Positions 39,466-50,643 of a stretch of 64,000 nucleotides of DNA are shown here, in pieces. Below the pieces are notes generated by a model that saw nothing but the letters and a program-made list of their open reading frames with translations, was not told the origin of the DNA and made no database searches. Source of the stretch: Bdellovibrionales bacterium (GTDB lineage: Bacteria > Bdellovibrionota > Bdellovibrionia > Bdellovibrionales > CAYMLA01); the NCBI GenBank assembly GCA_965217115.1, contig OZ244239.1, positions 96,001-160,000 of the forward strand, given 5' to 3'. How positions within the stretch are numbered: position 1 is the first letter of the stretch; each line of letters begins with the position of its first letter. The translations under genes were made by a program, and so were the position numbers.

Positions 39466-40038
39466 GTGTGTATGCCTGTATTTTTCGTCAGTGTTATTAT
39501 CTTTGTTTTTGTAATTATCGGTTGTTCTTCAAACCCCCATAAAGCCCATAAAATTGATACAGGCCTCGATAATGATTCTGTTATTTCTGGTGACACGCGA
39601 TTAGGAGTGAAAGATGGAAACCTGATCGTGCAAAAAAGAGTAAAAATGAACGAAGAGCTGCGTAGTTTGCAAAATGAAGTCTACGGCTTAGAGGACCGCG
39701 TTTACGGTCATAGAAAATATGGCTCCCATGGTTTGTACGGAGCAGTGAAGAAATGTCGTGTGGAACAAATCGCGCCTGAGAATGGAGGTGACGGTAAGTT
39801 AAAATGGCAGGAACCCATTGATCGAATCACTGATAGAGAAGAGAAATTTAAAATTGGAGTGGATGAGAATAAAAAGATTTCGGGAGTTTCAGAGGAATAC
39901 TTAAAGAATCGCATTAAGCGGTTTAGAGGTTATCGTAAGACTCTTCAAAAGCGTGAAGATGAGTACCAGAGTAAATTAGATATCTGTAAAGCAGCTCTAA
40001 GAGCACAGAAATACAAATTAGAACATTCAACGGACTAG
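39466..40038 (+). CDS. Hypothetical lipoprotein with coiled coil
   Basis: Lipobox IIG|C, AGGAGG RBS. Confidence 0.75.
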   Translation: MCMPVFFVSVIIFVFVIIGCSSNPHKAHKIDTGLDNDSVISGDTRLGVKDGNLIVQKRVKMNEELRSLQNEVYGLEDRVYGHRKYGSHGLYGAVKKCRVEQIAPENGGDGKLKWQEPIDRITDREEKFKIGVDENKKISGVSEEYLKNRIKRFRGYRKTLQKREDEYQSKLDICKAALRAQKYKLEHSTD

Positions 40039-40057
40039 GTATAACAAGGCGGTTTCT

Positions 40058-41095
40058 TTGGTTTGGCTGCATGATTTAGATCCCTTTGCGATTCATATCT
40101 CAGGTGATTTTGGTATTCGTTGGTATGGCTTGGCTTACCTAATGGGTTTTTTCTCAGGTCATCTTCTCATTAAGTTCTTGGCTAAAAGGGGTCGATTAGA
40201 ATTAGAAGTTGAAAAGGCTTGGGATTTTGTCACCTACGTGGCGGTTGGAACCATGGTTGGTGGTCGCTTGGGATATGTGCTTTTTTACAGTCCGGCACTT
40301 CTGTGGGAGTTTTCATCACAGATTCCTTTTTGGGGAGTGTTGGGAGTGAACGAAGGTGGGATGTCTAGCCACGGTGGTATGTTGGGAGTTATGCTTGCGT
40401 GTTTTTTATTTGGTCGTAAATACAAGATATCTTTTAAGCACCTGTGTGATTTGACTATCTTAGGGGCGACCATTGGTATCTTCTTTGGTCGCATAGCTAA
40501 TTTTATCAATGGAGAATTAGTGGGACGGCCATCTTCAGAGGGCTTCCCTTTTGTTGTTAAATTTTCTCAAGATATATTGTCTTGGCCCTATAATAAGATG
40601 ACGGCTCTAGTAGACGTGGTTGATAAGGTGGGCGTGTCTTCCCAGCAGTGGACGGAATGGTTGAATGGTCGAGGTGTTGCTGGAGGCAATGCACGGCAAC
40701 GTATATATAATACACTGGGAAAGATTATTGAAGGTGTTCAGAATGGAAATGTGGAGTTAAAAGAAGCCCTGGCTCCCCATCTAGTGGGACGCTATCCATC
40801 ACAGTTGATTGCCAGTTTCTTAGAAGGTGGCTTGATTTTTATCCTATTGTTTTTTCTCTGGAAGAAACCTCGTAAACCAGGGATTATTGGAAGCTGCTTT
40901 GTTATTATCTACGCCGTTGTTCGCATTTTCAATGAGCAGTTTCGTATGCCAGACGCCCATCTTGGTTTCCAAGCACTGGGTATGACCAGAGGACAGTGGC
41001 TGAGTGTCGGAATGTTATTTATCGGTTTTGCCTTAATGTATATCTTTAACAAATCTGACGACAAGCCTTTGGGTGGCTGGGGAAAAGCGAATTAG
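40058..41095 (+). CDS. lgt: Prolipoprotein diacylglyceryl transferase with a large periplasmic insertion
   Basis: IRWYG, GGRLGY, GGMSSHGG, GRIANFINGE, YPSQL, GQWLS. Confidence 0.96.
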   Translation: MVWLHDLDPFAIHISGDFGIRWYGLAYLMGFFSGHLLIKFLAKRGRLELEVEKAWDFVTYVAVGTMVGGRLGYVLFYSPALLWEFSSQIPFWGVLGVNEGGMSSHGGMLGVMLACFLFGRKYKISFKHLCDLTILGATIGIFFGRIANFINGELVGRPSSEGFPFVVKFSQDILSWPYNKMTALVDVVDKVGVSSQQWTEWLNGRGVAGGNARQRIYNTLGKIIEGVQNGNVELKEALAPHLVGRYPSQLIASFLEGGLIFILLFFLWKKPRKPGIIGSCFVIIYAVVRIFNEQFRMPDAHLGFQALGMTRGQWLSVGMLFIGFALMYIFNKSDDKPLGGWGKAN

Positions 41096-41109
41096 GCTGT
41101 TCAGTTATT

Positions 41110-42354
41110 TTATTTGAAAAATGGGAGAAGATTCTCCCTTGCCATAGTTTGTTGTTCCCCTGAGCTGAGATCTTTAACTGTGATCTGATTTTGAGCCATT
41201 TCTTCCTCTCCAATAATTAATGCGTGGGAGGCTCCTATCCTATTGGCTCTTTTCATGCGCTTGGCCATATTACCGCTGTAGCTAAGATCACTAGGGATGT
41301 GAGCATGACGGAGTTCTTGGGTGATCTGAGTTGCAATATTTATGGCGTCGGGATTAACAGGAATAACGGCAATGGGAATTGTTTTAGGGACGTCTCTCTT
41401 TTGATCTTCAAGTAACAATGCCAGGCGTTCAAGGCCAGCTGCCCAGCCGACGGCGGGAGTGTCTTTGCCGCCCATTAGCTTTATCAATCCATCATAACGT
41501 CCTCCTGAGAGAATGGCATTTTGGGCTCCAAGGTGATCGGTTGTGAATTCAAAAACTGTGTGAGCATAGTAGTCCAATCCTCTAACTAAGCGGGGATTGA
41601 TTTCAAAAGAGACACCGTTGGATTGTAGACCCTCTTGCACTTGGTTAAAGAAGTCCATGGAGTCGGAGTTGAGATGATCGTGGAAAGAGGGGGCATCTGT
41701 GAGGATCTTTTTGTCATTCCCATCTTTTGAATCAAGAATTCTCAGTGGATTAGTCCTAAGCCTCTGTTGACTGTCGGAGGACAACTCTCTGGAGTATTTT
41801 TCTAAATATTGAACAAGTTGGTCTCTGTATTGTTCTCGGCTCTGGTGATCACCGATAGAATTGAGTTCGAGTTTTGAGAGATGGGAAAGTCCCAACTCTT
41901 TAAGAGTTTGCGCAGCCAGGCAGAGGACTTCAACGTCAGCCTGTGGAGAGGAGACTCCTAGGAGTTCGGCTCCAATCTGGTGAAATTGGCGTTGACGTCC
42001 TTTCTGGGGGCGTTCGTAACGGAACATGGGGCCGCTGTAGAAGAGTTTAAGTGGCGTGTGCTGGGCAAGTCCTTCGGAGATAAATGCCCGTGCTATTCCA
42101 GCGGTTCCCTCGGGGCGCAGGGTGAGGGATTCACCGCCTCGATCTTCAAAGGTGTACATTTCTTTACTGACAATGTCTGACTCACTTCCGAGGGTTCTTT
42201 CAAAAACCTGGGTGAATTCAAAAATAGGGGTTGAGATTCCATCAAATCCATAGACTGAGGCAATCTTGTGGGCAATATGGTCAATGTGTCGGAAGAGGCG
42301 TTGCTTATCAGGCAAGAGGTCGTGTGTTCCTCTGACTGGTTGCATAGATGCCAT
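41110..42354 (-). CDS. hisS: Histidyl-tRNA synthetase
   Basis: LRPEGTA, FRYERPQKGRQRQFHQ, LVRGLDYY, GGRYDGL. ATG 42354 preferred. Confidence 0.98.
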   Translation of the reverse strand: MASMQPVRGTHDLLPDKQRLFRHIDHIAHKIASVYGFDGISTPIFEFTQVFERTLGSESDIVSKEMYTFEDRGGESLTLRPEGTAGIARAFISEGLAQHTPLKLFYSGPMFRYERPQKGRQRQFHQIGAELLGVSSPQADVEVLCLAAQTLKELGLSHLSKLELNSIGDHQSREQYRDQLVQYLEKYSRELSSDSQQRLRTNPLRILDSKDGNDKKILTDAPSFHDHLNSDSMDFFNQVQEGLQSNGVSFEINPRLVRGLDYYAHTVFEFTTDHLGAQNAILSGGRYDGLIKLMGGKDTPAVGWAAGLERLALLLEDQKRDVPKTIPIAVIPVNPDAINIATQITQELRHAHIPSDLSYSGNMAKRMKRANRIGASHALIIGEEEMAQNQITVKDLSSGEQQTMARENLLPFFK

Positions 42355-42527
42355 AGATTTATCTCCCAAATAATCGCCTGACTGTAATATGACGACGATG
42401 CTGTGAACTGTCAACTGACGACTTTTCCAGAGTCAATGATTGCCAGAATAGTGTTTGAGAGTTGATAAATACAAGGTATAAGTTCAGAAGAGAGATTTGG
42501 CGACTATGATGGATTAAAGGGTGGAGT

Positions 42528-43832
42528 GTGAGTGTATTAAATATTTTAGAACCTCTGTTGCTGGGCGTGGTGCTGGGGGCTTGTCTCTCTTATTATCTCC
42601 TACTTCGGAGGGGAAAGAGTGAGCTTAAAGTAACAAGTGCTAAACTCAATGAGTTAGAATCGTCGTTAAAAGTTAAAGCTAGCGAGTTGACGATGTTGGG
42701 CGAGCAGAAGAATATAACTGAAGAGAGATACGAATCCTCAGAGAGGAGGGTTCTTAATTTAGAAAAAGAAGTGTCTTCGGTGAATTCAGATAAAGAAAAC
42801 CTTCTCTCACAAGTAGAGAAACTAGAGTCCATAGAGAAATCCCTTGAAAATAAATTAGAGGCTTTGCTAATGAAGGTGTATGACCAATCCCATGAGCGAC
42901 TCACTAAGAGTTCTAAGGAGTTGTGGGGGCATATGATAAATCCCTTTAAGGGAGAGATTGATGAATTAAAAAAAACTGTCATTGAAAATTATGAAAAAGA
43001 GTCCAGGGAGTCGTTAAGTTTAAAGGCTCAAATTGAAAACATGAATGGAATTTATGAAAAGATGAATTCTTATACAGATTCTCTGACGAAGGCTCTAGAG
43101 GGAGACTCTAAGGTTCAAGGTGATTGGGGTGAAATGATACTTGAGAGAATTCTGGAGATGACTGGTTTGACTGAAGGTCGGGAGTATGTTCTCCAGGGCA
43201 AGGGTTTAGGTCTTAAAGATGATGATGGTACAATTCGCAAACCTGATGTGATTCTTCTTCTTCCGCAAGAGAGAAATTTAATTATAGACTCCAAGGTCTC
43301 TTTGGTGGGCTATAATAAGTTCTTTTCTGTTGAAGATGAGCAAGGAAGGAAGGAGGCTGGTGAAGGAATGCTGGAATCCATTCACAGGCATATAGATGAT
43401 CTTTCAAGGAAAGACTATGGGAGTTTATATAAACTAAATTCTCCAGATTATGTTTTGATGTTTGTGCCAAACGACGGAATGTTCGCTTTAGCAACGAGTT
43501 TGGATAGAGATATTTATAACAAGGCCATTAGCAAGGGTGTGAATTTGGTGAGCCCTTCTTTTTTAATACCGAGTTTAAGGTTGATTCAAAATATTTGGCA
43601 GAGAGAGAAACAGACCAAGAATGCCTTAAAAATCGCTGAGGAGGCGGGGCGACTTTACGATAAGTTTGTTTCTTTCCGTGATGATTTACAGAGAGTCAGA
43701 GAGGGTTTGGGACGCGCTGACACTGCAGTGGATGATGCCTTTAAGAAATTAGACACAGGCAATGGTTCTCTTGTTAAGAAGGCTTCACTTCTAAAAGAGT
43801 TGGGTGCTAAAACAAAAAAAGAGTTGATCTGA
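42528..43832 (+). CDS. rmuC: RmuC-family protein
   Basis: N-terminal TM and coiled coil, QGDWGE..LE, PDV, IDSKVSL, MFVP, LYDKF. Confidence 0.93.
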   Translation: MSVLNILEPLLLGVVLGACLSYYLLLRRGKSELKVTSAKLNELESSLKVKASELTMLGEQKNITEERYESSERRVLNLEKEVSSVNSDKENLLSQVEKLESIEKSLENKLEALLMKVYDQSHERLTKSSKELWGHMINPFKGEIDELKKTVIENYEKESRESLSLKAQIENMNGIYEKMNSYTDSLTKALEGDSKVQGDWGEMILERILEMTGLTEGREYVLQGKGLGLKDDDGTIRKPDVILLLPQERNLIIDSKVSLVGYNKFFSVEDEQGRKEAGEGMLESIHRHIDDLSRKDYGSLYKLNSPDYVLMFVPNDGMFALATSLDRDIYNKAISKGVNLVSPSFLIPSLRLIQNIWQREKQTKNALKIAEEAGRLYDKFVSFRDDLQRVREGLGRADTAVDDAFKKLDTGNGSLVKKASLLKELGAKTKKELI

Positions 43833-43868
43833 GCGATTCACAACCAATGGTGAATGCTCCAAAAAAAA

Positions 43869-43944
43869 TGGCGTTCCCTACGGGAGTCGAACCCGTGTCT
43901 TCACCGTGAAAGGGTGATGTCCTAGGCCTCTAGACGAAGGGAAC
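43869..43944 (-). tRNA. tRNA-Glu (TTC)
   Basis: Reverse complement GTTCCCTTCGTCTAGAGGCCTAGGACATCACCCTTTCACGGTGAAGACACGGGTTCGACTCCCGTAGGGAACGCCA; cloverleaf with encoded CCA. Confidence 0.97.
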
Positions 43945-43951
43945 ACGATAA

Positions 43952-44027
43952 TGGTGGCTCGTCTTGGGCTCGAACCAAGGACCCTCTCCTTAAAAGGGAG
44001 ATGCTCTACCAACTGAGCTAACGAACC
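43952..44027 (-). tRNA. tRNA-Lys (TTT)
   Basis: Reverse complement GGTTCGTTAGCTCAGTTGGTAGAGCATCTCCCTTTTAAGGAGAGGGTCCTTGGTTCGAGCCCAAGACGAGCCACCA. Confidence 0.97.
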
Positions 44028-44280
44028 AAGAAGCCATAGAATGTCGTTTAAGACATGAAATTTGTCAACACAGAAATAGGGCTTAATAACTCAGAAACTG
44101 GAAATACTGAAAAATTACGGGCACTTCCCCAGTTTTAGAAGAGTATTTTGGCCTCTTTTCGTGGGAGATCGGAGAAATTCGATTAAATTTTGAAAAATGG
44201 GATTAAAAGGTTACATTTTGATAGATATATGATATCCATTTGGACATTATAAACGCAAAAACAAAAGAAGGAATACGCTA

Positions 44281-44475
44281 ATGAGTACAGGTACAGTAAA
44301 ATTTTTTAATGCAGGCAAAGGTTTCGGTTTTATTACTCCAGATGACGGGAATGATCTCTTTTTTCATATCTCTGAAATCCAAGGACAGGAGCCACAAGAC
44401 GGTGACAAGGTTGAATTTGAAGTTGGTGAAGGACGTAAAGGGCCTTGTGCAGTTAATGTGAAAATTAAAAACTAA
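44281..44475 (+). CDS. Cold-shock protein, CspA family
   Basis: GTVKFFN, KGFGFI (RNP1), LFFH (RNP2). Confidence 0.96.
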   Translation: MSTGTVKFFNAGKGFGFITPDDGNDLFFHISEIQGQEPQDGDKVEFEVGEGRKGPCAVNVKIKN

Positions 44476-44507
44476 ATATTTAGTATTTTCATAGGATATT
44501 CAATTCT

Positions 44508-44541
44508 AAAAGACGTTCCAAATAGGAGCGTCTTTTTTTTT
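44508..44541 (+). terminator. Intrinsic terminator, probably bidirectional (csp/ung)
   Basis: AAAAGACGTTCC-AAATA-GGAGCGTCTTTT followed by a T run. Confidence 0.85.
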
Positions 44542-44575
44542 GCAAATTTTCTTCCCAGGTGTTGAGCAATAGATT

Positions 44576-45277
44576 TTAGAGACTTGGTAATTGCCAATCA
44601 ATGGGGGTGAGGTTTTTCCCGAGCAAATATTGATTGGTTTGGGAAAAATGTCGACATCCAAAAAAGCCTCTATGGGCTGACAATGGAGAGGGGTGGGGAG
44701 CTTTTAAAACAAAGTGCTTCTGGAGATCAATTTGCGCGCCCTTTTTTTGAGCATAATTCCCCCATAGGAGGAAGACAATATTCCGCTTCTTTTTATTAAG
44801 AATATCAATCGTGGCAGAAGTAAATCCTTCCCAGCCTTTGTTGTGGTGAGAACCCGCCTTTCGTGCTTCAACTGATAACGTCGCATTGAGTAAGAAAACT
44901 CCTTGCTCAGCCCAAGACTCTAAAAAACCGTGATTGGGCAGATCAAGTCCCAAATCTTGATTCATCTCCTTATAAATATTTTTTAGGGAAGGTGGGATAG
45001 AAACCCCTGGCCGCACTGAGAAAGAAAGTCCATGGGCTTGTCCCGGTCCATGATAGGGGTCCTGCCCGATGATCACGACCTTAACCCTATCAAGAGGAGT
45101 TCTGTTAAACGCAGCAAAAAACTCAGTGCTCTTGGGATAAATGATTTTCTTGCTCTTAGACTCTTGCCGTAAAAACTCTCTGAGTCCCTGCATATAAGGC
45201 TTGGAGAACTCATTAAGGAGTTCTCTCTTCCAACTTCCATGGATTTGTACAGAGCCTTGTTTCATCCTGTTGAACAT
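44576..45277 (-). CDS. ung: Uracil-DNA glycosylase
   Basis: GQDPYH, HGLSFS, LLN, HPSPLS. Confidence 0.97.
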   Translation of the reverse strand: MFNRMKQGSVQIHGSWKRELLNEFSKPYMQGLREFLRQESKSKKIIYPKSTEFFAAFNRTPLDRVKVVIIGQDPYHGPGQAHGLSFSVRPGVSIPPSLKNIYKEMNQDLGLDLPNHGFLESWAEQGVFLLNATLSVEARKAGSHHNKGWEGFTSATIDILNKKKRNIVFLLWGNYAQKKGAQIDLQKHFVLKAPHPSPLSAHRGFFGCRHFSQTNQYLLGKNLTPIDWQLPSL

Positions 45278-45310
45278 ATCTTAACAGAGCATTCTCTCAA
45301 AGAGATTATT

Positions 45311-45832
45311 GGTTCTTTGTGATAAATAGTGGAACTACTCCCAAGAGACTCATCTTGAGGGCTCTCTTTCTAAAATTATCCATGGATAACAGCGTTGTTA
45401 TAGATGGAGGTCAGCCATAGAAATAGAGGAAATCTGTCTAGTTAACGAAGCTCAGTTTTCTAAACCAACCCAGGTTTATTATTATTCGTTTTAAACTTTC
45501 GAGGGAATTTGTCCAGAATAAGTGACCTATTTCTAAACCAACACTTTGGCCTTCCCAGTCTTTTCAGTCTTTTGTACAACCCCCTTTGAAATTACACAAA
45601 AATCCATTGACTCATTGATTGAATAGGGCATTTTTTTCTAGAGTATCTCCCAAAAGAATCTAGTTCTTTTCGGCGAGTTTGGCTTGGCGACTTCCATTGC
45701 ATTTCTCTGCAATGGAAGGTGACAAACGGATGTTTGAGCAAGAAAAGGGCTGGATTCTTTTGGGAGATACTCTAGAAAAAAAACGGCTCATCAGAAAAAA
45801 ACCGGCTCCACTATTGTTTGTCATAAAGAATC
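45311..45832. mobile_element. MITE copy 2 (522 bp) with 8-bp target-site duplication
   Basis: AGATTATT at 45303-45310 and 45833-45840. Same TIRs as copy 1, plus an extra ~175-bp internal segment (~45424-45600). Confidence 0.88.
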
Positions 45833-45981
45833 AGATTATTTGTTTTATTTGCTAATTTTTAGTCAATGTGCACTTGTTTGACAGTGTCTAATTTTGAGAT
45901 ATGGATTAATTACTTAGAATGATTAATAAAGTTTAAGGTGTGATTGTGTTTTTAGTGGCATAAATTTTGAAGTAATAGGTA

Positions 45982-46476
45982 GTGGGTAACGGGAGAAATA
46001 TGTCAATAGGCACGTATAGCAAAAAAAAAGGGTCTAATTTTTTAGAATTGGTGAATGGCACTGAGAGTGCACAACCATTGGAAAACGAGAAGACTTCAAC
46101 GGAGTTCCTTCGGCTCTTAGGTAAAAATATTATAGGAAAAGTAGTCAAAAGATCAAAGGAATTAAGAGAGAGAAAATGCGCTCGTAAGAACTGGAAAGTA
46201 GGCCTAAAGGTTTTTGACCGTGGAGGAAAGTTCTTGGCCCACGGGAGTACCCTGGATGTGAGTCTGCGTGGCATAGGAATTCTAATTGATAATGCTCAGA
46301 TTAGAGACAAATCTTTATTAGATGTGGTGATTCCTCTGGAAGGAGGAGAGTGCTTTGAAGCAATATGCCAAGTTACAGAAGCAAGGGACAAGGGCGACAA
46401 GCAGATATTGGGCTTGCGTATCTTAGAATTAACTCCACTGGGACATCGTTTCTTAGAACAAGCTTTAGCCTCATAA
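45982..46476 (+). CDS. PilZ-domain protein
   Basis: RxxxR (RKCAR) and DxSxxG (DVSLRG) c-di-GMP-binding motifs. Confidence 0.8.
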   Translation: MGNGRNMSIGTYSKKKGSNFLELVNGTESAQPLENEKTSTEFLRLLGKNIIGKVVKRSKELRERKCARKNWKVGLKVFDRGGKFLAHGSTLDVSLRGIGILIDNAQIRDKSLLDVVIPLEGGECFEAICQVTEARDKGDKQILGLRILELTPLGHRFLEQALAS

Positions 46477-46490
46477 TTGGCGACCATCGT

Positions 46491-48164
46491 TTATTTAATT
46501 TTGGCCCAAGTGTCTTTTAAAGTGACGGTTCTATTAAATAAGATCTCTCCCTTAGAAGCTTTGGGATCAGAGAAAAAATATCCTAAACGTTCAAATTGAT
46601 AATGATTATTCTCGGGACCATTTTTAAAGGAAGGGTCAAACTTCGCATGGGAGATGACTTTCAAGGACTCCGAATTGATAGAGGAAGTAAAATCCTTCTC
46701 TTTATCAGCGAGAGGGTTAGCTTCAGTAAACAAACGGTCGTACAAATGAACAGTTCCTTCGATGGCATGTAGAGCACTCACCCAATGAATAATACCTTTC
46801 GTTTTTTTCTGCCCTTCAGGAGTTTTTCCGCCGAAGGTCGCCTCGTCATAGGTGCAACGAAGTTCTGTGACCTTTCCATGGGAATCTTTTATAACTTCGT
46901 TACACTCAATGACATAGGCATAACGTAAACGCACTTTCCCCTTAGGCGATAGGCGAAAATATTTCTTAGGCGGGTCTTCCATAAAATCCTCCCGCTCTAT
47001 ATAAATCTCCCGTGAGAATGGAAAGATTCTACGGCCCATGTCTTCATTTTTTGGATGCTTTTTAGCAGAGATTTCTTTCTCTTCCCCTTCAGGATAATTA
47101 GTAATAACTACTCTTATAGGATCAAGAACAACCATTGTGCGCGGAGCATGCTCGTCTAAGTCTTCACGAATGGCATTTTCTAGAGTACTCATCTCAATAG
47201 AACTATCTTTTTTGGTGACACCAATCCGTTCACAGAAATGACGAATGGAACTAGGGGTGTACCCACGACGACGCATACCAGAGATGGTCGGCATTCTTGG
47301 GTCATCCCAACCAGAGACTATATTTTTTTGAACCATCTGGATAAGTTTACGTTTGCTCAAAACAGAGTACTCTAGGTTTAGGCGTGCAAATTCAATCTGT
47401 TGAGGGTGACATGAGTGCTCTGTCTTTTGAATAATCCAATCGTATAAAGGCCGGTGATCTTCAAATTCTAAAGTGCAGATTGAGTGTGTAATACCCTCGA
47501 TGGCATCAGAGAGGCAGTGGGTAAAATCATACATAGGATAAATACACCATTTGTCGCCAACCTGGGGATGGGGTGTCTTTTTAATGCGATAGATGACGGG
47601 ATCTCTCATATTTATATTGGGAGAAGCCATATCGATTTTTGCTCTAAGAACTAGGGTGCCATCATCAAATTCACCAGCCTTCATACGGGCAAAGAGGTCT
47701 TTATTTTCTTCAATAGATCTACAACGATCAGGACTGTTTACACCAGGTTGGGTCAGAGTCCCACGGTATTCACGCATTTTATCTGGAGCTAAAGAGCAGA
47801 CATAGGCGAGGTCTTTTTCTATGAGTCTAACAGCTAGATCATAGAGCTTATTAAAATAATCAGAGGAGTGGAAAAGTTTATCCTTCCAATCAAATCCTAA
47901 CCAACGGACATCCTCTTTTATGGATTCTACGTACTCTATGTCCTCTGCTTCAGGGTTGGTGTCATCAAATCTAAGATGGGTCACGCCGTTGAATTTTTTG
48001 GCTAAATCAAAATTCAGACAGATAGACTTAGCATGACCGATGTGTAAATAACCATTTGGTTCCGGTGGAAAACGGGTGATAATCTGCGTGTGTTTTCCTG
48101 TGGCTAGGTCCTTCTCAATAGTTTGTTGAATAAAGTTACTGTTACCAGCGTCAGAATGTTCCAT
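46491..48164 (-). CDS. glnS: Glutaminyl-tRNA synthetase
   Basis: [48 protein letters not shown]. Start is ATG 48164 or TTG 48200. Confidence 0.97.
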   Translation of the reverse strand: MEHSDAGNSNFIQQTIEKDLATGKHTQIITRFPPEPNGYLHIGHAKSICLNFDLAKKFNGVTHLRFDDTNPEAEDIEYVESIKEDVRWLGFDWKDKLFHSSDYFNKLYDLAVRLIEKDLAYVCSLAPDKMREYRGTLTQPGVNSPDRCRSIEENKDLFARMKAGEFDDGTLVLRAKIDMASPNINMRDPVIYRIKKTPHPQVGDKWCIYPMYDFTHCLSDAIEGITHSICTLEFEDHRPLYDWIIQKTEHSCHPQQIEFARLNLEYSVLSKRKLIQMVQKNIVSGWDDPRMPTISGMRRRGYTPSSIRHFCERIGVTKKDSSIEMSTLENAIREDLDEHAPRTMVVLDPIRVVITNYPEGEEKEISAKKHPKNEDMGRRIFPFSREIYIEREDFMEDPPKKYFRLSPKGKVRLRYAYVIECNEVIKDSHGKVTELRCTYDEATFGGKTPEGQKKTKGIIHWVSALHAIEGTVHLYDRLFTEANPLADKEKDFTSSINSESLKVISHAKFDPSFKNGPENNHYQFERLGYFFSDPKASKGEILFNRTVTLKDTWAKIK

Positions 48165-48271
48165 GACGATCCCATTTAAGTTGGATGTAGATAGAGACAA
48201 GTATAAATAGAGGACCTAGTAAAGTCACGAAAATTGACTCCTCCAGAGAATTTCAGAGGTATGATCTTTGC

Positions 48272-49312
48272 TTATTGAATTTGCTGGGAGAGCCAATCTC
48301 TAAAGTTATCTATCATAGGATGATCTCTTAATTCGACAAGCTCCTTGCGAACTTTATCCATAGCACTGGCTATACCGATCTCACTGTAGGGTTGCGATAC
48401 AAGAAACGCCTGAGTTTTAGCGATGAATTCAGGGTAGAGGCAATCGGAGAATATTTGAGCTTCCTCTATAGTCCCTCTGTGAGTGTTAAGATGAACTTCT
48501 ACATGTCCCCACTCAAAACGTTCTTCAATTTGATGATTGAAATCGGGGGTTTTGCCAAATCTCCAATCCCAGTGTTTAAGTTTTTCATAGTATTCATTTA
48601 AAGAGGGAATTGTTTTTAAGTATTGATGATCAAGAGTTTCTACTTCGCAGGAGTTTGCGTGAACGAAGCAAAATTCCTTGATAATCTCCTGGCTAATGAC
48701 CTCGTGATTAATCTCGGGATTAATTATATTGAGATTAACGACCCTTGCTTTGACTGATTTAAGCCCCTTTGATTCAAGTTTCTTTTTGTTAGGGTTCAGG
48801 TAATCAGAGAGCTTTTCTAAATTGGCATTAAGTAATAGAGTTCCATGGTGAAAGCAACGATCGGTGCCTTTTTTAAAAGCACTGCCAGAGAATTTCCTCT
48901 CTCCCTGATCGTCTCTAACAGTAAGATCATTTCTTCCTGAAGCGGAGGCATTGATATTGAATTTTTTAAGGGCATTGATGATAATTTGATTATTACGGCT
49001 TTGACTGTAATTATCCTTGCTTGACATAAAAGTGAAGTTAGTATTGCCGAGATCCTGAAACACGGCACCACCACCGCTTTGCCGGCGAGCTAAGTGAACC
49101 CCATCCTGCTTCATACGGTCTGTATTGCATTCCGCCCAGGGATTTTGAAATCTTCCAATAACCACTGTGTCTTCGTTTCTCCAGAGAAAGAGGGTGTGCA
49201 CATGGGGATTCATATCACGAAATATCCAATCTTCTGTAGCGAGATTGAAATAAGGGTCAAAAGTATTTGAAATAAAGATACGTATTTTTTTTGAAGTTTG
49301 AGACTTATTCAA
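48272..49312 (-). CDS. lplA: Lipoate-protein ligase A
   Basis: NLATE, RRQSGGGAVFQD, GRND, KFSGSA, HHGTLL, WRFGKTP. Confidence 0.95.
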   Translation of the reverse strand: MNKSQTSKKIRIFISNTFDPYFNLATEDWIFRDMNPHVHTLFLWRNEDTVVIGRFQNPWAECNTDRMKQDGVHLARRQSGGGAVFQDLGNTNFTFMSSKDNYSQSRNNQIIINALKKFNINASASGRNDLTVRDDQGERKFSGSAFKKGTDRCFHHGTLLLNANLEKLSDYLNPNKKKLESKGLKSVKARVVNLNIINPEINHEVISQEIIKEFCFVHANSCEVETLDHQYLKTIPSLNEYYEKLKHWDWRFGKTPDFNHQIEERFEWGHVEVHLNTHRGTIEEAQIFSDCLYPEFIAKTQAFLVSQPYSEIGIASAMDKVRKELVELRDHPMIDNFRDWLSQQIQ

Positions 49313-49330
49313 AAGAAAATAAAATCCTTA

Positions 49331-50506
49331 TTACTTCAGGGGTTGCCCCAGCTCCACCATAAAGGCAAGACCTAGACGTACAAAATTCATGGCATGATCA
49401 AAATTGAGTTTACTTATATTATCATGGCCCGTATGGATTGAGCTATTATAAGTCCCCATTGTCGCTTCAAAAGGCAGCACCGCTGGATAGCCCTTGCGAT
49501 GCCAAGAAGCGTGATCAGAACAGGCATAGCCACAATCTATTTGGCCGAGATCATTCTCTTTAAGTCCTATAACGTTCACGGCTAGCTCTTTGGTGAATTT
49601 TGTCAATTCAGGACTTACATTGTCTTGGACAAAGTACATAGCCTTATCATTTTCTGGAGAACGATAGCCAATCATGTCTAATTGCATAACCCCTTCTAAG
49701 GTTCGCTCTTGACTGACAAATTCTTCAACGACCTTTCTAGAGCCAACAAGGCCCAGCTCTTCTGCCGCGTAGAAAACAAAATAGAGATCTCTCTTAAACT
49801 TCATCTTGGATGCGAGGATAGCGCGAAAAATCTCCATAACTCCAGCAGAGCCAGAACCATCGTCGTCTGCCCCTGGCTTGTTACGAGCAAAGGTATCCAT
49901 GTGAGCCCCAATCAAGACTCCAGGTAGGGAGCTATTTTGACCTTTCAGTTCAACAACAACAGAGTCTTGAGTGTATCTGGTACCAGTAGCTATGGTCTTT
50001 ATCTTTACATCTTCTGACCGCTGATGGAATTGGGCATAGCGCCTGGCCTCAGCAACAAACCACTGCATCGCTTTACGACCATGTTCTGTGCGTGCTGAAC
50101 GATCTGAAAAGCTTACTATTCCCTCTAAAATTTCTTTATAGATTTTTTTACTTGTCAGAGCCACAGCACTTCGGCTCTCTTGTAGGTTTTGGATCTTTCG
50201 AGGTTTAAATGGGGTTGTCCATTTTCGATTAAAAAACGTCTTCGTATCTTCACCCGTGATCTCAAAGAAGCCTCCACAACCAAACCCGTTCTTATGAAGG
50301 GCTGAAGCGAGTGATTCAACAGAGTCTAAGCTTAATTCAACTTGCAAGAAATCTCCCTTCTTCTGGGCTTTCTTAAAATCAAATCCAGCGGGTAATAAAT
50401 TTCTATGTTTCTCGGGGACTAAATACCGATGTGAAGACGATGCCCAGCTAGTTATGCTATTATTAACAATAAAGATCCCGCATAAAAGTAATAGCCGGTG
50501 AATCAT
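49331..50506 (-). CDS. Secreted M28 leucyl aminopeptidase
   Basis: GAHMD, PGADDDGSG, AAEELGL, CGYACSDHASW, IHT. Confidence 0.92.
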   Translation of the reverse strand: MIHRLLLLCGIFIVNNSITSWASSSHRYLVPEKHRNLLPAGFDFKKAQKKGDFLQVELSLDSVESLASALHKNGFGCGGFFEITGEDTKTFFNRKWTTPFKPRKIQNLQESRSAVALTSKKIYKEILEGIVSFSDRSARTEHGRKAMQWFVAEARRYAQFHQRSEDVKIKTIATGTRYTQDSVVVELKGQNSSLPGVLIGAHMDTFARNKPGADDDGSGSAGVMEIFRAILASKMKFKRDLYFVFYAAEELGLVGSRKVVEEFVSQERTLEGVMQLDMIGYRSPENDKAMYFVQDNVSPELTKFTKELAVNVIGLKENDLGQIDCGYACSDHASWHRKGYPAVLPFEATMGTYNSSIHTGHDNISKLNFDHAMNFVRLGLAFMVELGQPLK

Positions 50507-50643
50507 TTTTCTCCCCCTGTAGGTTAAAACATCTCCAAAATATTCTAACTTAGGAAGCTGGGGTTAGTAATTAATAATCTTTTGAGTTCGGGGCCTTAGT
50601 CCGTGTAGTTGGTGATTATTTAAGTGGATTCTAAAGAAAACCC

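Noticed and set aside
43869..44027. tRNA-anchored genomic island
   Set aside because: No duplicated tRNA 3' end or integrase seen; flanks are housekeeping genes.
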